From IMG/VR virus record IMGVR_UViG_3300020577_010124, positions 96,001 to 160,000 of that record: DNA of 64,000 nucleotides; one strand, written 5' to 3'. The position numbers and the translations under genes are program-made. The notes beneath the pieces are model-generated. The model was not told the DNA's origin and did no database searches. It saw only the letters and a list, made by a program, of their open reading frames with translations. Shown here in pieces: positions 58,429 through 64,000 of this stretch (its first letter is position 1; the number at the start of each line of letters is the position of its first letter). The stretch is from a virus (taxonomy: Duplodnaviria > Caudoviricetes).

Positions 58429-60337
58429 ACAGGAACAAGCGGCTGATCATGTTAATGGACCATGTTTTGTTCTTGCATGTCCTGGTTCGGGAAAAACTCG
58501 CGTAATCGTTGAGCGTACTGTACGGTTGATTAACAAGGGCTATGACCCTAAATCAATTCTATGCATAACATTCACGAATAAAGCTGCGAAAGAAATGAAA
58601 GAGAGAATTATCAAGGCTCTCCCTGAGCATGGAGAGAAGGTCTATATTAGTACCTTCCACTCGCTTTGCGCAACGATTCTTCGAAAGTATGGGTCATACA
58701 TTGGTTATACCATTAATGCAACGATCTTCAATGACGACGATCAAGAAGGCCTAATGGCTCAATGCGCTCGTCAAGCAGGTCTTGAGCTAACAGCGCCGCA
58801 AATCAAGAGTTTGCTTTATAAGACAAATGATCTTCGAGAAAAGCTCATTGCTGAGGAAGATTTTGCTTCTCATTTCAAGGAAGAAAAAGACGCTACCATA
58901 GCTCTTGAGTATATCGCAAAGATGCGAAAGAATAACCAGCTTGACTTTAGCGGTCTGCTTTCTGAAACGGTTCGGCTGCTAGAAAAAGACGGCGAGATTC
59001 TAAGCAAACTTCAGACTCGGTTTGACTTTCTGCAAGTTGACGAAGCTCAGGATACAAACTTTGCACAGTTTAGGATTGTTCAGCTTATAGGCGCTCATAA
59101 GAATGTATTGATCGTAGGAGATCCAGATCAAGGAATTTATTCTTGGCGCGGAGCTAGATATCAGAACATTGAGGATTTTGTCAAAGACAACAAAGCTAAG
59201 GTTGTATCTTTGCCTCATAACTATCGCTCTACGCCAGAAATCGTTGGCGCTGCTTCTGTATTGATTAAGAAAAACTCGAATCGCCAACAAACGATGGAGT
59301 TCAAGACCAGCAATCCAAGCGGTAAGCCAATTGAATGTTATTGTCTTCCAAGCCCTGAGCATGAGGGACAGTGGATTGCGCAGAAAATCAAGCAGATGAT
59401 CAATAATGAAGGTTACAAGCCTCATGATTTTGCTGTTCTATATCGCTTGAATGCAATGTCAAGAAGCATTGAGCAAGGATTGATGAGCAACGGTATTGCT
59501 TATCAGGTTATTGGAGGCTTCAGTTTCTTTGATAGAGCAGAGGTTCGAGATAGCTTGGCAATGCTTCGCTTCATGATTAATCCTAGCGACGGAATGGCTC
59601 TATCTAGATTCATCAATAAGCCTTCTCGAAGAATTGGAGAAGTAAGCTTAGGACGTATAGAAAACTTCGCAAATGAGAAAGGTATAAATCTCCTTCAGGC
59701 AATGAGTCGAATTGAAGAATTCTTGACAACAGGAGCAGACCGTTCGAGGGTTATTACTGGTTGCAAAGAGATAGTAGAAGCCTTCAGTTTCGATAGAACA
59801 AACCTTTCGATTGGCGAAGTTCTAGGTAAGCTATTGTTGAAACTTAGATATCGAGAGCATCTTGATAGCAAGCATGAATCAAAAGACCTAGAAGACCGTA
59901 AAGAAAACATTCAGGAACTAATCAATGGATGCGCTCTTTATAGCGAAAGACGAGGAAACGATATCGCTGCCTATCTTAGTCACTTTGCTTTGCAATCTTC
60001 CTCAGATAAAGATACAGAAGAGAATACTGTTTCTCTTATGAGCGTTCATGCTAGCAAGGGTCTTGAGTTCCCTGTTGTATTTATGCCTTGTATGGAAGAC
60101 GGACAGTTTCCTCACAAGCGAGCCATAATGGAAAGAGACGGTATAGAAGAAGAGCGTAGATTGTGCTATGTAGGAATGACAAGAGCGCAGAAGCGACTTA
60201 TTATGTCCTATCCTTCTTCTAGAATGTTGAGATATGCTAAAGACAAGATTCGCTGGGATCATACTGAGATCAGCAGATTCTTGTTGGAATCGGGCGTAAT
60301 AAACAGTGTACGAAAGATAACAGGCGACGTTCGATAA
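58376..60337 (+). CDS. uvrD: UvrD/PcrA superfamily 1 helicase
   Basis: LNPEQ, ACPGSGKT, ITFTNKAA, STFHS, VDEAQD, VGDPDQ.IYSWRGA, NYRS, HASKGLEF, EERRL.YVGMTRA. Confidence 0.95.
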   Translation: MSNQGVVVAAGKITLNPEQEQAADHVNGPCFVLACPGSGKTRVIVERTVRLINKGYDPKSILCITFTNKAAKEMKERIIKALPEHGEKVYISTFHSLCATILRKYGSYIGYTINATIFNDDDQEGLMAQCARQAGLELTAPQIKSLLYKTNDLREKLIAEEDFASHFKEEKDATIALEYIAKMRKNNQLDFSGLLSETVRLLEKDGEILSKLQTRFDFLQVDEAQDTNFAQFRIVQLIGAHKNVLIVGDPDQGIYSWRGARYQNIEDFVKDNKAKVVSLPHNYRSTPEIVGAASVLIKKNSNRQQTMEFKTSNPSGKPIECYCLPSPEHEGQWIAQKIKQMINNEGYKPHDFAVLYRLNAMSRSIEQGLMSNGIAYQVIGGFSFFDRAEVRDSLAMLRFMINPSDGMALSRFINKPSRRIGEVSLGRIENFANEKGINLLQAMSRIEEFLTTGADRSRVITGCKEIVEAFSFDRTNLSIGEVLGKLLLKLRYREHLDSKHESKDLEDRKENIQELINGCALYSERRGNDIAAYLSHFALQSSSDKDTEENTVSLMSVHASKGLEFPVVFMPCMEDGQFPHKRAIMERDGIEEERRLCYVGMTRAQKRLIMSYPSSRMLRYAKDKIRWDHTEISRFLLESGVINSVRKITGDVR

Positions 60338-60393
60338 AGACCGCGCAAGTTTTCTAGATGTCATAGTCGATATCCTGACTAAAGGGTATCAAC

Positions 60394-61380
60394 ATGCGCT
60401 ACAACATCATATGCAACGACATTGTTACAGGACTAAATTCTTTACCAGAACAATCAGTACATACTTGTATAACCTCTCCGCCTTATTTTCAAATGAGAGA
60501 TTATGGGTTTGCTAAGCAGATTGGATTGGAAGACGGACCTGAAGCATATGTAGAAAAACTCGTAGAAGCGTTCAAGGCTGTTTCTAGAGTTTTACGTAGC
60601 GACGGAACCCTTTGGGTAAACATAGGCGATACATGCGCTTCTCAAGCGTATATGACGAAAAACTATGGGAAGATAAAGCCCAAAGACCTAATAGGGATTC
60701 CGTTTATGCTGGCGTTTGCAATGAGAGCGGATGGATGGTATCTACGAAGCGACATTATATGGGCAAAGCCTAACCCCTTACCTGGCGGCGTTTCAGACCG
60801 ACCAATTGCTTCTCATGAGTATTTCTATCTGTTTTCTAAATCTGATAGTTATTACTATGACGTAGAAGCAACTAAAGAAAACGCAACCGAGATAAGCAAA
60901 GATGGTACGTTCAAAAAGAGACTGAAGCGAGATGTTTGGAACGTGCCTGTTGCGTCTTTCAAGGGAGCGCATTTTGCTGTATTCCCTCCTCGTCTTATAG
61001 AGCCATGTATCTTGGCAGGAACAAGCGAGAAGGGATGTTGCAAGATGTGCAAGACTCCTTATACTCGCATTATTTCTAAGCATCGCTATGCAACTAGACC
61101 AGGTAGAGATAATAAGATTGATAAGACAGGTTTTGCTAATAGAGATTCGGGTAGGCATTTGACAGAGACTACAACTGAAGGTTGGAAGAAACAATGTTCA
61201 TGCGCTACTGAAGAAGTTGTACCATGTACTGTTTTGGACCCATTTTGCGGCTCAGGAACTACAGGCGTGGTTTCTCTGCAAAATAACAGGCACTTTATCG
61301 GGGTAGACGGAAAGAAAGAATATGTTAAGATCGCAGAAAAACGACTTGCGAATGAACAGAACATATTAGCTGAGGATTAA
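60394..61380 (+). CDS. Amino-DNA methyltransferase (N4C/N6A, beta class)
   Basis: ITSPPY, IIWAKPN, HEY, HFAVFP, VLDPFCGSGTT. Confidence 0.92.
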   Translation: MRYNIICNDIVTGLNSLPEQSVHTCITSPPYFQMRDYGFAKQIGLEDGPEAYVEKLVEAFKAVSRVLRSDGTLWVNIGDTCASQAYMTKNYGKIKPKDLIGIPFMLAFAMRADGWYLRSDIIWAKPNPLPGGVSDRPIASHEYFYLFSKSDSYYYDVEATKENATEISKDGTFKKRLKRDVWNVPVASFKGAHFAVFPPRLIEPCILAGTSEKGCCKMCKTPYTRIISKHRYATRPGRDNKIDKTGFANRDSGRHLTETTTEGWKKQCSCATEEVVPCTVLDPFCGSGTTGVVSLQNNRHFIGVDGKKEYVKIAEKRLANEQNILAED

Positions 61381-61866
61381 ATGGCCTATCTTATTGCGAG
61401 CATTGGAACAAAAGTAAGATTTGGTTTTTCTAAGAGCCTAAACTTTGATAATCTTATGTCTGTACATATAAACGTGCAGAAGAAAACAGTATCATATGAT
61501 TTTCTAGTTAAGACACATGACCAAGCTATTTTTGTGGAAAATAGCGGAAGCATTATGAAGAATGCTGTTATCTTTGATAAGACCTCGACTAATCTACCCT
61601 GTGTATTGGAGACGGACGACAACAATATTCAAGCTACTTTTACAGGCTTTTTCTACGATAGTAGGAAGAATATGTATCTATGCACCGTTGTCCATCCTCT
61701 TGTAGATACAACTAAGGTTGTGGAACAAACGACTGAAGAACAATACGAGCCGATTCACGGTCTTGGAACACTTATGGGAATGGGAAAAAGCCCAGAGAAG
61801 ATTGTTCCTAAAACCTCAGACCCTGTTGATATTGATTTGGCGAAAGCAAATAACCTAGACATATGA
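61381..61866 (+). CDS. Hypothetical protein
   Basis: GAGGA RBS; ends in NNLDI. Confidence 0.55.
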   Translation: MAYLIASIGTKVRFGFSKSLNFDNLMSVHINVQKKTVSYDFLVKTHDQAIFVENSGSIMKNAVIFDKTSTNLPCVLETDDNNIQATFTGFFYDSRKNMYLCTVVHPLVDTTKVVEQTTEEQYEPIHGLGTLMGMGKSPEKIVPKTSDPVDIDLAKANNLDI

Positions 61867-62399
61867 ACTACTCAAGTGTTCTAATACCAAAAGTCGGCGA
61901 TACAATTTTGTTTGAAGAGTACGAAGTAAAGATTCGTTCTGCTCCAAACTTGATTCTATCGCCTAGCGGTAAAGAGCCTGGATTTATTTTCCAGTTTGCT
62001 TTTCCATATGATAAGTTCTTAAACGATATACCAGCCCTAGAAAGTACATTCAATCTTGTAACTCATCCATTTCTTCCACCCGCTACTCTTAGGACATTGA
62101 ATACAGGTAGAGAAATCAAAGATGTTCCTGCTGTAATTTATATGTATGAACCTCATATCGTTGGAGATACGTACAATCTTTACATTGAAGAGCTTGAGGT
62201 TCATGGAAAACTAACCATGACCATTGCCGAAAGCAAAGTGTTTATTGGAATGTTCAAGGGCGGTATTTTGGACTTGCCTTGCATTGAGAGAGCGAAAGAT
62301 GTCGATTTAGAAAGAAAGTCATCGCCCAAATGCGTTCCTACTCCAAAGCCACGGCAAGGCAAGGAGTACAACAAATTTGAAACTCTGGATCTATCATGA
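61863..62399 (+). CDS. Hypothetical protein
   Basis: ATGA overlap; ends in KFETLDLS. Confidence 0.55.
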   Translation: MNYSSVLIPKVGDTILFEEYEVKIRSAPNLILSPSGKEPGFIFQFAFPYDKFLNDIPALESTFNLVTHPFLPPATLRTLNTGREIKDVPAVIYMYEPHIVGDTYNLYIEELEVHGKLTMTIAESKVFIGMFKGGILDLPCIERAKDVDLERKSSPKCVPTPKPRQGKEYNKFETLDLS

Positions 62400-63154
62400 A
62401 TCTAAAAGACTTGAAGGACAAACATAAAGGGAAGCTTGCGTTCGTAACAGGAGCGGGGCCGTCTCTTCGTTTTATTGATCCTCAACTTATAAAGCCTTAT
62501 GTAACGCTTACTTCTAACTCGTCTCTTTTGAAGTTTCCTGATTGTGATTACTTCATTACTGACGACGATGGAGTAAAGACTTGGAACTATTGGCAGATTA
62601 CTGCCCGAGATAGCAAGTGTATTAAGCTATTGTATCAGGATAAACTTACAAACTGTGTTTCTCATCTTCGCCCTGAAGAAATCATTTTCTTTCAACATAG
62701 ACAATGGGCAACTCCTAGCAAAGAAGGCTTGATTTACCATAAAGAAAATGTAAAGCTTACCGACGATCCAGAGTTTCCTATTATTGGCGCTCGAACTTCT
62801 GCGGCTACCGCATTGCATTTTGCATACATCCTAGGTTGCGACCCTATCGTGCTTTTAGGCTGCGATTGCTGTTATGAGGGAACCAATCGCTACTATTGGC
62901 AGTTCCCTGGACAACCCAAGGCTATCGAATACAACAACAGAGTCTTTTCAACGCCCGATAAAGGCTTGTTGAAAGGAAAGCCAGTCGATACTCATTGCGT
63001 AAACTTTGATATCTATTGGCATCATTTTGTTGAAATGAATCCAGAAGTGTCGAAGAACAGAATCATCTATGTTTCGAAAACGGGTATCTTGGACGTATTC
63101 CCTAGAATGACCCTTGAAGAAGTGTTAACAAAATATGGAGATAGAACCAAATGA
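62396..63154 (+). CDS. Maf/MptE-like (DUF115-type) protein; putative nonulosonic-acid glycosyltransferase
   Basis: LKDKHKGK.AFV.GAGPSL...N......PDCDYF...D; TSA..AL.FAY.LGC.PIVLLG.D. Confidence 0.75.
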   Translation: MNLKDLKDKHKGKLAFVTGAGPSLRFIDPQLIKPYVTLTSNSSLLKFPDCDYFITDDDGVKTWNYWQITARDSKCIKLLYQDKLTNCVSHLRPEEIIFFQHRQWATPSKEGLIYHKENVKLTDDPEFPIIGARTSAATALHFAYILGCDPIVLLGCDCCYEGTNRYYWQFPGQPKAIEYNNRVFSTPDKGLLKGKPVDTHCVNFDIYWHHFVEMNPEVSKNRIIYVSKTGILDVFPRMTLEEVLTKYGDRTK

Positions 63155-63894
63155 AGAAACGATTGAACAAAAAAGAAGTAAAAAAGGCGCTCAAAGGATT
63201 CTTTTCACAGCCATTGGTCCCCTCAAAGAAAGATCTAACTAAGATGAAAAAAGACAATGAAAGTCGGATTAAGGAGAGTTGGGGAGACTGGGAGAAGTTC
63301 CGTAAAATCCTAGATTCTTCAACTCCAATTGATCTTAGTTCCTTTGAAGGATTCAAGGGATCAAAAGTATTAGAACCCAGCAAGGTTGTTGCCGTTTCTG
63401 AAAAGACCAATAGCGAACTTCTTCTCAAGCAACTTGTTCGTAATATCATAGAACAAATCAAAGAAGAAACGATGATTCAGTCGCCCAAGCCTACCGCTGA
63501 AGATAAGATGTTTGATTCTATAATTGAAGCGATACCTTCGATCATGATAAAAAACATCAGCAATCGAGATAAGGCAATCAAAATACAGGGTCTTATTGAA
63601 TCGAACAGGTTTGCCTTTGATCGAATCCATCGAACTAATGCTAGTAGCACGGTTGAGAAAAGCGAAGCCATGCTTGAAAAAATAGCTCAGGAAAGAGAGA
63701 AGGTTCGAGAGTTCGCTATCAAAAATAACCTAACAACTATACTGCCCCAATTCTATCATAACGAAGAAAATGGTGAAAGCATTAACCAAAATGCTCTCAT
63801 GGAAGTCTTGAAGGGTGAGAAAACAAATGGTAGAAAACCAAAGAGTGTTAGCAGTAATTCCCGCAAGAGCAGGAAGTCAGGGGCTAAGAGGTAA
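63151..63894 (+). CDS. Hypothetical protein
   Basis: ATGA overlap; helical, Lys-rich. Confidence 0.5.
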   Translation: MKKRLNKKEVKKALKGFFSQPLVPSKKDLTKMKKDNESRIKESWGDWEKFRKILDSSTPIDLSSFEGFKGSKVLEPSKVVAVSEKTNSELLLKQLVRNIIEQIKEETMIQSPKPTAEDKMFDSIIEAIPSIMIKNISNRDKAIKIQGLIESNRFAFDRIHRTNASSTVEKSEAMLEKIAQEREKVREFAIKNNLTTILPQFYHNEENGESINQNALMEVLKGEKTNGRKPKSVSSNSRKSRKSGAKR

Positions 63895-64000
63895 GAACTT
63901 CAAGGTTATTGCTGGCAAGCCCTTGATATTTTGGTCGATAGATGCAGCCTTAGATTGTAAGTTTATTGATACCGTCGTTGTTTCTACAAACGATGCACAC
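63827..64000 (+). CDS. neuA: Acylneuraminate cytidylyltransferase (NeuA/PseF-like), truncated by the window end; not in the ORF track
   Basis: Manual translation: MVENQRVLAVIPARAGSQGLRGKNFKVIAGKPLIFWSIDAALDCKFIDTVVVSTNDAH, containing the IPAR.GS.G...KN....GKPLI motif. Confidence 0.88.
   Translation, partial: MVENQRVLAVIPARAGSQGLRGKNFKVIAGKPLIFWSIDAALDCKFIDTVVVSTNDAH

Noticed and set aside
60346-60373. Sigma-28-like promoter (CAAG-N16-GTCGATAT) before the last methyltransferase
   Set aside because: Single instance with an imperfect -35 element and spacing; insufficient support without more copies.
1-64000. tRNA, rRNA, integrase or transposase genes; cellular chromosome origin
   Set aside because: No gap contains a cloverleaf or rRNA-like sequence and no recombinase or transposase motifs were seen. 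Single-strand dense packing, divergent replication genes and giant virion-like proteins indicate a phage rather than a bacterial chromosome.

Overview
A 64-kb, AT-rich, densely packed segment of a large (jumbo-type) bacteriophage genome. Every credible gene is on the + strand and reads in the standard genetic code. 1-24.3 kb: five very large virion or adhesin-like proteins (FN3, beta-propeller, Ig-like repeats, LamG, Kelch, a discontinuous vWA domain and a hyaluronidase-like barrel). 24.3-28.1 kb: three glycosyltransferases and a metallophosphoesterase. 29.7-61.4 kb: replication and recombination module with SF2 helicase, DnaC-like loader, DnaB, a primase split into two genes 13.6 kb apart, DnaE split into two genes without an intein, SSB, RecA, Cas4-like nuclease, Gam-like protein and UvrD. 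Interspersed are six orphan DNA methyltransferases, a phage IF3, an intein-bearing Ycf46-like AAA ATPase and a SpoVS homologue. The window ends in a Maf-like gene and a truncated NeuA-like CMP-sugar synthetase. Most notable: (i) the split DnaE, with a degenerate duplicated palm segment and a Dam + MazG-like + class II aaRS-like cassette between the halves; (ii) three families of short terminal peptide motifs (x-[MIL]-F-[ED] on the polymerase and methyltransferases, DDLGF on DnaB and SSB, [NST]LD[IL] on the AAA ATPase and orphan proteins), which look like a docking code; (iii) apparent absence of CCGG; (iv) a probable virion-glycosylation system. All assignments come from motif recognition by eye; no database searches were run.
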